The notes under the pieces: model-generated
The model's input: the letters and a program-made list of their open reading frames with translations, nothing else
Told to the model about the DNA's origin: nothing
The model's database searches: none
From: Phoronis australis
Taxonomy: Eukaryota; Animalia; Phoronida
Direction of reading: 5' to 3'
DNA length: 56,760 bases
Assembly (NCBI GenBank): GCA_002633005.1
Contig: NMRA01000293.1
Coordinates: 489,860 to 546,619, forward strand
Made by a program: the position numbers and the translations under genes
Part shown: positions 1 through 14,300 of the stretch, piece after piece
How the letters are laid out: every line of letters starts with the position of its first letter
Position numbering within the stretch: the stretch's first letter is position 1

Positions 1-1129
1 AAGTAGAAAAGTACGCAGCCGGAAGCACATTAAACTTGTTCTCGCTTTCGTGCAACCCCATTTCCTCATCCTGGCCACCATTGCCGTACGTTTCTTCATA
101 GTATTTGTTCAATTCTTGCTCATAATCGTCGTCGCTTTCAAATTCCCTGCTCTCCGCTATTGTTCAATGCTAGTCACTGATCTCTTGTGTTCAACCCATG
201 ACGTCACAAGGCGGCAAATGTGAAAATTGGCAAAATTGAAAGAAAAATCAAAATTTCGAGCTAATTACACAAAATAAACATGGGTCTAGCTAAATTTTAC
301 GTCATACATTTAGTCTGTGGCCACCGGTAATTCAAAATGTGCAAAAGTCCATGGTGTGTACTGTTTAAGGCAGAAGTTGTTGCTCTGTGCATGACAATGA
401 ATACCTAATGCGAGTACGGCGTGAAAAAGACAACCTGTATTTATATAACCGCAGCTGATAATTATACACCGGTGACCTAAAGTCGTGAATATAAGCATAA
501 TAAGCAGTTGATTATCATACTACCCAATGTCCGTTAGCAACTGCTCATGTGATGTCATGGACATATATCAGCCTTCACAAATATACGTGTTTTGACAATC
601 TTAATCCTTGTTTGTATCCGAATGTAGAGTTTTAAAACGGTTGCTGATATCGCCGGCCATTTTAAATGAGGTACTAAAGTCGTGAACGTTTCGTTTGGAC
701 GGAAATGCACGAACTTAGTATGACCACACAAGTCAACTACAGTGCTTACAGTTACTCTAGATGACATAAAAATGCATTGCATTGTTTATTAATTCAGTTT
801 CAATTGAAATAAATTGTTATATGTTTTGCACCCAACTTTGATGTGCACAGACATTTTCAATGAGATTGTTCACGTAAAATGCTAATAACCCAGCATCAAT
901 TATCGCTCTGTATTTTATTGCTTTGGCCTTACAAAACTTGATCGACCCTGGGACATTTTGATACATTGTTCAAGTTACCCCTGGAGCTCGTGTTTGAGTA
1001 AATCTGATCGATAAATATTTTCGAAAATATATCCCAAAAATGCACAAAAAAGTGAATTAGTGAAATATGTTGTTTTTAAGATACATTTGAAAAAAGAAGC
1101 CACTCACTCACTGTTTGTTATCATATTGT

Positions 1130-1480
1130 GAATACGAACACGTCCGGGTATTCGTTTGACGTTCGTAAGCAGACGAACGCTGGAAACTTCAACGCCAGAT
1201 GTCGCAAGACCGCGCAGAAGAGGAAATAAGATCGTTCACGACTTTAGGGCACTCACGACTTTAGGACCTCTGACGGTACTTCCGCCCCACCCTACTTTTG
1301 CCACCACACAGCGATTTCGAGTGGCGCAAGTTACCCGAGAACAAGTTACCCCACCTCGATAATGTGGAGTAAGTTGTCACAAGTGTGGTATGTTGTGCTA
1401 GTTTACATAGCATCCAGACAGCCTTCAAACCTAGCAACAATTTAAGTTCCAGGAGTAGTAACTTGTTCAAGGATAAGTAT
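1130..1480 (+). promoter_or_regulatory. Candidate HMGXB4 promoter / non-coding first-exon region
   Basis: Locally CpG-rich segment upstream of the ATG exon; a further strong donor AAG|gtaagg lies at 2044. Inference only. Confidence 0.35.
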
Positions 1481-2280
1481 GTGTGCTGACAGCACTTTTA
1501 GGGAGGCTTTATACGGCTAAACGTGACACCCGGAAGTTATCTGTCACATTAAACCGTGTCACTGTTGCAGCCCAAAGTGATGCCTGCACCAAACTGATTT
1601 GGCACTCTTTAGTTTGGTGTGGGGTTGGTGAGCCAAACTGGTTTATAGGGTTTTTAACAATTATCAGATCTGAAAATGATGACAAGGACTGCGAGGTGGC
1701 GCGTAATAGTTTCTCAGGACACTTCCCTCTTGTGTTTATATGACTTGCATATGTTAGCTAAGAAACAAAAATTGCATTTCAGTTTGTCTTCAAAGTACTA
1801 AAACATAAGAGAAGACATGTTGTTTTTAGAGTTCAAAGACTCGACCTAATAAACACTTACCAATGCTTGTGTCTGTGAGGTTGCATACATACTCTGGTGG
1901 TGCGTATTTCACCGATTTTGACCGAATAATTCTGACTTGTGTCTGTTTATTTCCTCTTGTGATCTACATGTGTTTGATGTGCACTGGCTGATGTGGCAAG
2001 TGCACTGATTTCACGATGTAAAAAGAATAGTTGTGAATCAAAGGTAAGGAATTGGAAAACTGTTAGTAATTTAAAGTTTGGAAGTGAACACAACTTTGAA
2101 ACGAATTTAGGGGGAATTATTGTCTGCTGCTACTCGCAGTGGTGACTTCAGATTTTTCCCATGTCGCCAAACACAATCTGAGGTCGCATTGTTCACCTGC
2201 AGGTTGCCAAATTGAGAGGTGTAGGGTTGATATCTCTCTTGTGTTGTTCCAGATTGTGTTTGTGACGGACTTTACTAATC

Positions 2281-2302
2281 ATGGCCTCTTCAGAAGAAAT
2301 TG
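2281..2302 (+). CDS. HMGXB4: HMGXB4 coding exon 1 (MASSEEI)
   Basis: Acceptor ttccag ends 2252, ATG at 2281, donor G|gtaagt at 2303; phase 1 fits the next exon. Confidence 0.8.
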
Positions 2303-5300
2303 GTAAGTACTTTATTTATTAAGAAATTGAGCTAGTAGACTGTTCTTATTTTATGATTATGAAGAGACACATCGACAGTAAAATTGCCAACTAGTTAATT
2401 GAAAGTCCATTTCTCTTCTGTGTGGAGGGTTTGTATATAAAGTCTGTGAACGTGTGTATTGAAATGGTGCCCAAATTCAATAAATGCTGTGCCATACGTA
2501 ACAAATCACTAAACCCCCATGTTGTCAAAGTCATCTCATTCTTCTCCAAACTCATCACAGGAGAGCCCCACTAATCACTGCAAAATTGAGACATGTTATT
2601 GTTGCTGCATCAAGTGTGGAGAGGTTGTAAAGAAAGCTGTAAAGGTTAAGAAGGAATATTTTTATATGTTACTTATTGGAAGGTTTTCAATGAAAACATA
2701 ACTTTCAGTCACATATTATTATTGGTATGTAGTCACTGTAGTGCCTTATCGACTTGTTGGTGTATTGAGCCAAATACCTACAAACTCAGTGAAAGTGTAT
2801 TTTCTGAAAGTACAATTCTGTAAAATGTGATGTTTTACTTTATATCAATCTGCTATTATTTGGGTCACATGACCTTGTCTTTTTTATAAAATTTAGCGAA
2901 AAGAAAACTAAATCCATAGCAAAACGACGGTATCTATGGCATGACCAAATTTCGTTCGATATGTATGTTTCAAGATGAAATCTCAAAAAATGCTGTTATG
3001 GTTTTCTTAATAAATCATTTGTTTTCGTTTGATGCAACTTTTGAGGTTTTTTAATCAAAGTAATATTTTTGATGGCCCCTCATGAAGAAGTGGAAATGTT
3101 AGAAAACAATTCTTAACAGCGTTCTGGAGAACGGTGCACAAACTATGGTATACGGAGAGCGGTGCACAAACCATGGTATACGGAGAGCGGTGCACAAACC
3201 ATGGTATACGGAGAGCGGTGCACAAACCATGGTATACGGAGAACGGTGCACAAACTATGGTATACGGAGAGCGATGCACAAACCATGGTATACGGAGAAC
3301 GGTGCACAAACTATGGTATACGGAGAGCGGTGCACAAACCATGGTATACGGAGAGCGGTGCACAAACCATGGTATACGGAGAGCGGTGCACAAACCATGG
3401 TATCTGAAAGTTTCATATGAATCCAATCAGTCATTTCTGAGACATGAAGTTCCGAAAGTTGCTAAATTTTGACATTTTTCGAGGGTCCTACATAACTAAG
3501 TATAGCAGTGTTTGTTTTGTACAGCTATATGTAATTAAAATCAATTCCATTACCTGATAAATGTTGTTAAATTCTTGGAACAAACATACTCGAAAGGAGG
3601 ACTCACTAGGAGATTTTTATGAAAATTGTTTAGTTATCATTAGGCCTTAGAATGTAATAATCCTTTCACAAACAGTGGATATTCCTTCAGTCTTCTCCCT
3701 TGCTTTGATAACTCATTTTAATTTGCAAACTTTTTGTGCAGTATCTTCAGAAATGTTGTTTAACTTTTTGCTAACCATTGCTGTGCCACTAGCTGAGCTT
3801 GGTGTGTCGCGCTCTGGCCGTGTGCGTAAGAAGTCGTCACGTCTTCTAGAGGTTGAAGATGAAAATGAGACTAATGAGGACATTCAGCAGGCAGACTCAT
3901 CGAAGACTTCCAAGGTATGTCAATATGATATAACTGTAGATCATTATATTGAAGTGGGTGACTGAAATGGATTTTAGGTGTCATATGTTAGGTTCTCAGC
4001 AAATTTCCATTTATTGACTTGCATTGGTCAAGTTATAATGCAGTAGACAATCCGCACCATTCTCATGTGTTTGTTCTTCATTTTGAGTTGCAAACTACCC
4101 TTCATGATTAGCCACTTAATAAAATCTCAACAATTTAGGATGCAATTTTGTTTTCTCATTTTTCTTATAAAAATATATTGCACTGAATTAGTGCTTTGTC
4201 TTGTTCAAGTTTTGTATGACATTACCATAACACAAAATTTTGAAAAATTTTGGGCATTCACAACAACTTAAATTCTTGAAAAATGAGAAAAGGGAAACAT
4301 CTGCAATTATTTTTGTCCAAAATTGGTGGGATATAACTGTATCTATGATAAACTTGAACAAATTGAGTAAATCATATACTAACTCTTCATGAAATGTTGT
4401 AACTGTCACAAGGTCACATGTTGCATGATACTCAATACACAGATAAGTGTGTCCATTTAGTGGTAAGATTATTGCTTTCAAATACAACTGTTTGGAACTA
4501 GTTTTATCCTGGTTTCATCACTCTTTTCATGTATCTGGGTAAATTTGAACCATGTTGCTCTGCTTAGATGCTTGCTATTTTTCCATAGGCTCGCAGAAAG
4601 TCAAAAGCAGATGTGCCGTCAGTTCCTACTAGTCCAACCACGTCACAAACTTCTAACCCAGTTCTGTCAACTACCCCAACTGGTGAGATGACTTGATAAC
4701 ATTGAAGCGTTGTTGTTTTCAGTAATGTTAGTCGCTGATAACTGAAAGCTAGTCAGATCATGTAATCCACTTGATATCTTGTGGGTACTTACCTGATCTT
4801 GTCTAAGTCATAAGGTTGAAGTGTTATAACTTAACATGCCCCTGGTTGGTTGCATTTTAACTACAGTCGGATATGTGGTAGTGTAACCATCTTAAACATG
4901 GTGAATCAGTATTCTAAATTTAGCAACAATTAAATTAAACAAAAATGTCAAAAATGTGGAAATGAGCACAAAGTTTCAAAATAAATTGGACAGCGTTGAA
5001 ATTCGCCAAACTTTTGATGCACAAAACTACTACTAAATATCTACTACTTTTTGACTAGAATGCACTTCAGTAACTTCTAAATCTTGACAAAACTTCAACA
5101 GGTGTTGCAAGTTGAGTTTTCTTCGTGTATACCTCGGTATTTACCAACAAGTTAGTTAACATGTCTTCTTAAAATTTTGCAAATGAGCTTCTATGAAGGA
5201 AATGATGAACTGCCGTGATTCAGATGGATTTGACCTCGTGGCCATTTTTGTTATTTTTGTGTCAGTGTTTTTGTCGTCTGCCTTACTATCTGCCAAGTCA

Positions 5301-8300
5301 CTTAAAAATCGTCATGAAAGTTGGGAGATGGGTTTCTATTTGGTGAGAGCATGTCCAACTTTAATTGATGGACATATCTTCTGTGGTGCCACTTGTGACT
5401 ATTTATAGGCATATCTGCAGTCATGGTGCCCGNAACTTTTGATGCACAAAAGTACTACTAAATATCTACTACTTTTTGACTAGAATGCACTTCAGTAACT
5501 TCTAAATCTTGACAAAACTTCAACAGGTGTTGCAAGTTGAGTTTTCTTCGTGTATACCTCGGTATCTACCAACAAGTTAGTTAACATGTCTTCTTAAAAT
5601 TTTGCAAATGAGCTTCTATGAAGGAAATGATGAACTGCCGTGATTCAGATGGATTTGACCTCGTGGCCATTTTTATTATTTTTGTGTCAGTGTTTTTGTC
5701 GTCTGCCTTACTATCTGCCAAGTCACTTAAAAATCGTCATGAAAGTTGGGAGATGGGTTTCTATTTGGTGAGAGCATGTCCAACTTTAATTGATGGACAT
5801 ATCTTCTGTGGTGCCACTTGTGACTATTTATAGGCATATCTGCAGTCATGGTGCCCGCTGGTGACAGTTTAAATTACTTTTTTTGCCTGTGCCTCAATAA
5901 CTGCTAGGTTCTTTGGTGGATCCTTATGTTGAAATGTGTCTCACGATCCTATTGAGGTAAGAATGCCTGCTTTGATTTTTATACAGATCCTACTACTGGG
6001 TAGTGTCAGTTTCAGTACTTTCCTGAACTGAAAACTCAAATGTGTTGAAGTGGCAAACACCAATAAATGTACCACAGCACTTGGCACAGGCAAAAATGCT
6101 TGCTCGATAATACAAGTGACAGTGTATTCTGCTCTCGTATTTCCAGATTTACTAACTCACAAAAGTGACAACCAAAAAACCAAATATCCGCTCTGCACCT
6201 GTTCGAATAATTTGCAACACCTATTTTAGTTTTTTTTACTCTGACATGTTTTTGAGTGTGTGCTCGCTTATGTTCCAGAAGTGAGCAGCAATTGATGTTC
6301 TCTGTAGTACACATTTAGGCCTCCTTGTCTTGTTAACTACTTGGCATTTGCTCTTAATTAGGAATACAAAAGTAATGTTGATGTTTGAGTTCGTCTGACT
6401 ATCATGGAAATATTAAAAAAACAACCGCCCCTTTATCTTTACCACTAGATTTGCAATGCACATGGTGGGCACTTTTCAAGGCTGTGCTATTCTTGTTGAA
6501 CCTTTCCCTCACAGGTTTGATGGTTGATAGGAACAATTCGTTTTGAATCTCCATATTTGTTTTCACAGTAGAAGAAACACCCTCAAGGAAGTCTCGCAAA
6601 CGAAAGATGGACTCCGATTCATTACCTTTGGAAACATCTGAAGTTGAAGACTGTGGTCCTAGCACCAATAAGAAGTCAAAGAAAAAAACAACAGAAGACC
6701 TGAAGATCAAGCTACACTTAGGTGCTTCTCCTCATGTCGAGAAAGTAAGTCATGCCCACAAACCTGGAAAAATCACACTTGAAGCCCTGTGCAGTGCTGT
6801 CTTTTGGAAACCGTTTTGGTTCGTGTTGTGGGGTGGAAGTCTTTGTTCTGGTATTTAATTCGGAGGTTTAGAGTAAGTGTTGCTAATTAGACGTGACAAA
6901 ACCATGCACTGAATGGAGATCATTGGTTGCTTCAACAGGGTTTATTTGAGTGTGAAGTTTGCGATTGTGGGTTTAGCTAATTAGTGCTGCGTGAGACTCT
7001 AAGCTCAGAGATACAGTACTAGTAATCATATAAAATACCATTTTCTGTCATGATAACTTATTCTGCTAACAGTGAAATGACTGGTAATAATTGCTGTTAT
7101 TCTGCTAACAGTGAAATGACTGGTAATAATTGTTGCCATTTCATGACAACTTATTCTGCTAACAGTGAAATGACTGGTAATAATTGTTGTTATTCTGCTA
7201 ACAGTGAAATGACTGGTAATAATTGTTGTTATTCTGCTAACAGTGAAATGACTGGTAATAATTGTTGCAGAATGGCTTAGCCACCTTAATAACTTTCCAC
7301 TTCATTCTCAGTCTTGAAAGGAGACTACTCTAAGAATGAATTTGGCTTCCACCCATCTGTCATGACGATGAATTCCGGGACATTTCGTCTGAATACGTTT
7401 TGGCTTGAGTTCTTAGTACTTAATTGCCGATTTTCCTTATGACGTTCAGAGGTGCCAGTTCTGTTTTTAACGCAAATTTTACAGTTTCTTCTGATTACAT
7501 TTTGTTGAATGTGATTGTAGGATATACTCATGCGTTGCACAATAACATGTTGCAACATTATTTCCCATTATGATATCTTATCCTATTGGGATTGTTGCTA
7601 GGTAACATCCCCTACAGTGCCAACGACACCAAAGTCTTCTGGAAAGAAGAACAAAAAGCCAGTTGTCCAGTCATCTGACCAGGAGTCACAGAAGGAAGGA
7701 ACACTGAAGCTGAAATTACTGTTGTCTCCGAACAAACCAACGACAGAACCTGAGTTAGAGATTATCTCTGAGCCAGCTCCTCAGGATGGGAAGGTTAGCA
7801 AGAAGTCTGAGAAAAAGAAGAAAAAGACGAAAAAAGAGTTGGCAGCGGAAGCTGAAATGGCAAAGAATCTGACTGTTGATGAAATGCCAGGTTCACCTGT
7901 GGAGATGTCGTATGAGCAGTTCGGTACGTTTTTATGAGCTTGGAATTACTTTGACCATTACTTCAATAACAACCATCAAAAGATACTTATCCGTACACTG
8001 ATGCCATTGTTTCTTCTAATGATACTGAATGTGCAATATTGTTTACACGTTGTGTGCTGATCTTGAAAGGGTCTGAATTGTGTACTTAAACCCGATTGAA
8101 CCAAATATAATTATTTTTTCCTTTTATCTTCAGTTCTTGAGGTCTTATACTTCAGTGATAATTACAAATTCCTTGTAATATATTTCTCTTTTATTTCAAG
8201 TCGAAGCTATTGAAGAAGAAAACAATCAGAAGGCGTCTGCTAAAAAGAAAAAGGAAAAACCAGAAGAACTTCCAGTCCCAAAAGTGAAGAAAAGCAAAAA

Positions 8301-11300
8301 ATCTAAGCAAGCAACAAATACAATTGTAGAGGTATAGACGTGTTCAATTTCTGGACATAGTTGGTAGTTGATACAAATATTGAATTTGTACACAGCATCA
8401 ATGATCTGATAACAAGTCACAAATTTACCTTTTCTACTCATGGTTGAAACGTGCAGATCATGAGATATGCTGCAGATTAACTCTTAAGGAATTGGTCTCT
8501 AAGTTATCCTTGCCATGAAACCCTTAGGTTTCTGTCATTACAATCAATTGACAAATCACCAGCAGTTGGGAAGAGTTAGCTATATTAAAACAGCTTGTTT
8601 TTCCACACTTATTACTTGGTGATGCCCAGAGTAACCGTCATGGTATAGAAAATTTTGTGATTCATGTTCAGGGTAGCAAGTACGAACGAAATGTCGTTTC
8701 AACTTTCTCTTGTTTAGTGCAACTGCTTTCATTTATGTTAGCCAGGGGTAATTATCAAAGAAACAAAAAGTCAAGTGGCTGAGGTCGTAAACAATAGCAT
8801 GAAGTTAACCAATCGTACACAATTAAGCCGCCCGCTACTGAACCACTTGTTTATTATTATGCTATTGGAGACGACAGGTGAGGCTGAACAAAAGAAATTT
8901 GTAATGAATGTCCGTTTACTGTGTTCTCGTGACAAGTCTTTGTCTATACATCAGACTTCCTGGTTTTGAAGAGTCTGACTCATGACAGTTCTCACTAGTG
9001 TAATGAACAAGCTGGTAATGTACAACAAGTGTTCAGGTTCTAAAGATACAATCTGTTTATAACTGTCCTTTTGCTATGTTCAGGTTCCAAAGTTGTATAT
9101 ACAATCTGTTTAAGGCTGTCCCGTTGCTTTGTCCAGGCTTCAAAGTTGTATATTCAGTCTGTTTTTAACTACCCTGTTCCTGTGTTATTTCATTGACTAT
9201 ATTTAAGACAAGGTAGTTAAATTTGATCAGCATTGCAATGCCACTGTAATCCATACACATCTAATTGCCAAAAAAATCAGTTTGCGTGTCAAATCAGTAC
9301 GTGACAGTAATCAGCTTTGGGAGTGGTCATACTTTTCATCCAATAAATATCTTGCACTACTTTGTATGGCTAAAGCAGCTTTAAACAGCTGTCTTCACGT
9401 GTTTATCTTATGTTTAAAGTGAACTTGGTTATAATAAAGTGCCTGGATTTCCCCTGACGGCCACACTTTCATTTTTGATATTAAGTCACCTTGATAAGCA
9501 ACTTAACGAACCTGATCTGAAGCAATATTGAACCTCTAAGTTTTCTCAACATTAAGATGAGAGTAAGGACCTTGATGAGACAGACCTAATAACAATGAGG
9601 GACCTAAATATAAAGTTGTCTGTTTGACACAAATGCAAGTTTGCTACACCTGTAACCTAGTAAGCACTTTACTCGTCTCACCATTCACATGTTTATTGCA
9701 GGCTCCTGTTCACGAAGATTCTTGGATTGATTCAGGAGACAGCAAACACTTCCTGAACCAGGATGATCTAGATGTTTCTATGGAGACAAATGGTGAATTT
9801 TGAAATTTGTTTAAAATCCTTTCTCTTCGGTACATTTAAGTAGTGTAAAACAATAATGCAATGAGTTTCAAGAGGCAGTGAGCTTGCTGAAAACAGTGGC
9901 ATGCCTGAAGTCTTTTGACGTTTTCAGTAAAATAATTTTAACAGATTCTTAAGTTTTAAGAACTTAATACTGGAAAGTTTAGATTGGAAGAGAGTAAACT
10001 GATGGCGATTCGGTTTGGAAAATATGTTACCTTGTGAAATAGATGTATCAAGTGGCTACAGTGGTAGATTCACAAAGCTCAGTGGGTCAGTATGCAATTT
10101 TGGTTGAGTTTTAATAAGTTCAAGTTGGTGTTTTCTACTAAAAAGCGAACAAGTGCTAGTTGGGAGAAAAGGAGGTCGTGGCTAATTTTAAAAGGCTTAT
10201 AAAAATTTTCATAGGCATGAGCAATTTTTTTAATTAAAATTACGTGGATGGAAACATAATGTAAGCAGTTTGTCTGTTATGTAGAACTTAAAATAATACT
10301 TGCTTCATTTTCTTATCAAACTGGGTAGACTGAGTACACAACAGAAGTTATGTGAACTTAGTAATTGATTATTAATTGTTTATTTATGTGGATTTAAAGA
10401 AATCAGCTGCATTCATTGTCAGGTAAATAAACCATAGTCTGTTAAAAATGCACCAGCTGTACAAATCTAATTACTCTGCGCGTGGGCTTTTTTCAATTCA
10501 ACTGTTGCTGTTAACAAGTGGAAGTACTCTATCTAAATTGATATAAAATAGTTTTTTGGGTTCCATTCTCCTTTAAACTTACCTTAATTGAAAACCAGAG
10601 AATATTTTACATTTCCTCATTCTTAGGGAATTTGAAAAATGACCTCCCGAAGCATATTTTTCTGTTATTGCGGCAGTTAATATTTACACAATGTTGGCCA
10701 GAGTGGCTATGCGACTTGGCAGGAGCTGAAAGGTTTAACACTTTCTAGCCCAGGTAGGCACTAGGAGGGCATGTGCTTGAGCCAAGGCAGTTCAGAATAC
10801 TCGAGTTTTTACTCTTCCCCAGTCCAAACTTTTTGATGTTATAAATGATGTTTCTGATGACATTAAAGAAATATTAATACCCTGCAGAGCTTTTTTAATA
10901 TTGATATGTTGTTTTGTGTCTTTATCAGGTGTCTTTGTCAACTTTCATTTTCCGTTATGAAAATTCGGGGAAGAACTGATTGTTTACATGACTGTGTGTT
11001 TTTCTATCTGTTCAGATCTGGAACCAGATTTTGGTCAGGACGAGTCGTCAATGTCAGCAAATGATGCTGCTAAGGCTGCACAGAATTTCTTCCAAAACAA
11101 GTCGGGAAAGAAGAAGAAAGTAAAGGGAGAAAAGATTACAAAAGAGAGAAAGGTTTGCTTGGACCATTTTTGGCTCGTTCTTGTTTTATGCTTGTTCTTG
11201 TGTTACCAGTAATAATCAGTGCCTAAGGTAGGTGTAATATTTATCACTGCTTTTTGGATGGTATGTCTGTGTTATGATAAGTAATTCAGGCTTAGAATTT

Positions 11301-14300
11301 TCCTCTTTTAAGAGAATTTTCGCTTTTTTGGTTTCGATTTCCTCTTATTTGATATCGAATTTCCTTTTTTCATGTCTCTTTTATCATGATTTTTACTTTA
11401 TTCATGCAAACACGTTTATTTATGAGTTAAATTTTACAACACAAAAATATTTCTATCTCACAAGCCTAGTATTTATTTGTGGAACGGTGCGTCACCTGAA
11501 AAATTTCCTCTTTTTGTCATTGGTCATTCCAAGCCTACAATTTGTGGTCTTAGTACATTATTTTGCATCTGTCATATGTTGATTGATGTAAGAAAGATAT
11601 GCTTTGCCGGTGTGTTAGACAGTATTATTATTCAAATTGCTTGTTCTCACCTGCAGCAAAGGTCACGTGCCCCCACAGCATACACGCTGTGGTGCAACAC
11701 ATACCGGGTAAAGGTAGTGGCGCAGAATCCTGGCATTGATTTTGCCCAGACTAGCAAGCGACTCGGAGAAATCTGGCAGTCATTGCCTGAAAAGGAAAAA
11801 GTGGTGAGTAAAAAAAGTTTCTAAGTCGTAGGTTCTTCGTATATACTGGTCATGCACTCTCAGTGCACATCTAGTGGTATTCATGCTTTCATTTCAGTTG
11901 ACTTTACACTTCAAACTTCCGACGTGCTTCAAAAAGATTGCAGAAGTTTTGTTGATCTTGCGAGGAATGTGTCCCACTATTGTCAGGCCTTTCAGAACAG
12001 ACGCAGCGTACTGGTCAGTGGGACTGTATTGTATCTTTCCCGTACAGATCTTCTCCCTCAACAGGAATCCAAATTTCTTTGTACATGTGAAAACTGTGAA
12101 TCAAAGAATAATAAAAAACTTGACCAGTGTTATAAGCACGTGGCCAGGAAGTGCGCGCTACATTATATATATATAGGCCTACCTGTCATTGCAGATATTA
12201 GTTATTGGGAATTATCTATTCATGAAACAGGTAGCATAGCATTGGCAAGAAATAAATATTGGCACTAACTTCCGAAAGTTTTTAATGCCGTAAAAGCTTT
12301 TACATTGTTTTTAAGAGGAACTATTTAATTAAATAATTGGTGTTTTTATAAAGTCATATATCTGATGGAATGACCCACTCATAGTGAACACTTCCACACC
12401 CTTACACCTGAATATCCGGGAAAATAACTGTTGGACTGTTACGCAAACAGTCACGTGGCGACTCAATATTTAATATTGGTCTTATCGAGAAAGTTCTCGA
12501 ACGTTTTTTAGCAGATGAGAATAGCAAGTTCTAAATAAAACATGTTCTGCTTTACTGCTTGAGTTAATTTCTTTAGTTACAATGCACTCCTAGATCACTA
12601 CATTGCATTTACTCTGGCAAATGAACTCTGATGACACTCAATCACTCGCTCACTCACATACACACAGACAAACTTCAAAACAAACGTCATGCGACAACAA
12701 CATCTGTGTTCGACCAATTTTTTCTCGTGTTATGGGGTGCAATCTAGTGCAGATTTGGACTTAATCTGCGGTTAATCCAGACTCCACAGGAACTCAAAAA
12801 TCGTAGGAATGCTATTTGGAAAACTTAACCTGGATTTCAGGTAATTTTTTGGGTCAAAACTATTTTTGTTCAAGAAAAGTTGCCCTATCAACGATCGCGA
12901 GGCAGCGACACATCAGTCGACGAGTTTTCGCAATGGGATTTCCGCAAAATTTTCAGAAAAAGGATCGTAATATAACAACGAACTTTGATACCAATGCACC
13001 ACAATTTTGTGGAAAATCTGTCATAGGTTACAGATACGTCACTGAGCGTAAATTTGATGAATCCTAGCTTCCGTTTTCACCCGTTTCGGAGACTGAGTTT
13101 CAACCGCTTTAGGCCACAATAAGCACCCCCCTCAAATATATTTTTCTAAGCGCCCTCAGCACTTATTAGGGCAAATACGGCACAAGATTTTTGTGGAAAA
13201 GTCGAAAGTTGCATAAATATAAAAACGAAATGAAAATTTAGAAACTAAAAGCAATTCTGAGATTTCATCTTGAACATTTATGTCCGACAAAATTTGGCCT
13301 TGTTATTGATATCATTGAGTAGGTATGAAATGTACCTGGCTTCTACTAAATTTTACTAACATGACAAAAATTCTACAGGCTTTCTACTTCCAGAAACTAT
13401 TTGTTTTCTAGATATTGGGGCTAAATACAGACACTTGTCTATAAGATCATACATAACCTCAAGGTTTTTATCAGCCCAACTAATACTATCGCAAATACAT
13501 TATTTTACAATTATAGTTCTTGATAAGTTCATCTTGTTTGTGTCTGTTTCCTATAACAATTGAACATTAAGATTTTGTATTTCAGTCATGGAGAAAGAAG
13601 GCAAAAAAGCAGCTCACACTAACGGTCTCATCTAAGGGCTCTAATCTCATCACAACTGGCAAGAAGATGTCTGGATCAAAACTATTGTTAACGAAGAATA
13701 AAGATTCATCGTCAACATCTAAACCTGCCGTGGCTAAACCCTCTGTGGCACCTACTAATCAGGTGTCAACTACTCAGGTATTTGGCAAGTCCTTAGGATC
13801 AGCCAGCTTTGCTCCGACATCAGTTCAGAGCAGAAAGGCTTTGCTGTTCTTCAGTTCATGTTGCTATTTTGAGTGTGGTAGAACATGTTTTTGGTGGCCG
13901 TGTGTTTGATACATACTCGGACAGAGACTTGGGCTTCTCTTTGTTTGTCTTGTGGCCTAATCCATATTTTAATTGTAGATGGAGCTTTGTTGGTGGAGCT
14001 TTATGGGTGGGGCTTTGTAGGTGGAACTCTTTCATGTGGTTGCGTGTCCACTTATCACACTTTTTGCATTGTAACAGTTATATTTCTTGTATTTTGTTCA
14101 AGTTAATCAGTTGAAGAATGAAAAATGGAAATCTGGTTAAATATGCTTCCAGGTATTTTATACTTTTGCTGTTAATGCAATGTAGTAATAAAGTTTTGGT
14201 TTGAAGTACTGAATTATGTTATTCTAATTCGTAGTAGAATTCTGCTTGAAGGAATTTTTAAGAATGTTATTGAACTATAATGACCCACTGATGATCAGAT

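Noticed and set aside
3055-3472. Several overlapping repetitive ORFs; CRISPR-like appearance
   Set aside because: These are products of a head-to-tail 28-bp minisatellite with no spacers and no cas genes, in a eukaryotic intron.
5193-5833. Two near-identical 71-aa ORFs suggesting a tandem gene pair
   Set aside because: They lie in a 424-bp duplication split by a single N, most likely an allelic or contig overlap, and have no recognisable motif.
7050-7280. Cys-rich repeat peptide ([13 protein letters not shown])n
   Set aside because: This is a translation of an intronic 39-bp minisatellite; HMGXB4 exons 4 and 5 join in phase without it.
11852-12268. 138-aa ORF after the HMG-box exon
   Set aside because: No domain pattern; the HMG box continues directly in exon 13586 (SWRKKA).
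13835-13843. GC-AG donor extending HMGXB4 exon 10 to 13837
   Set aside because: It is in phase, but gctttg is a poor match to the GC-donor consensus; the GT donor at 13778 is preferred pending RNA data.
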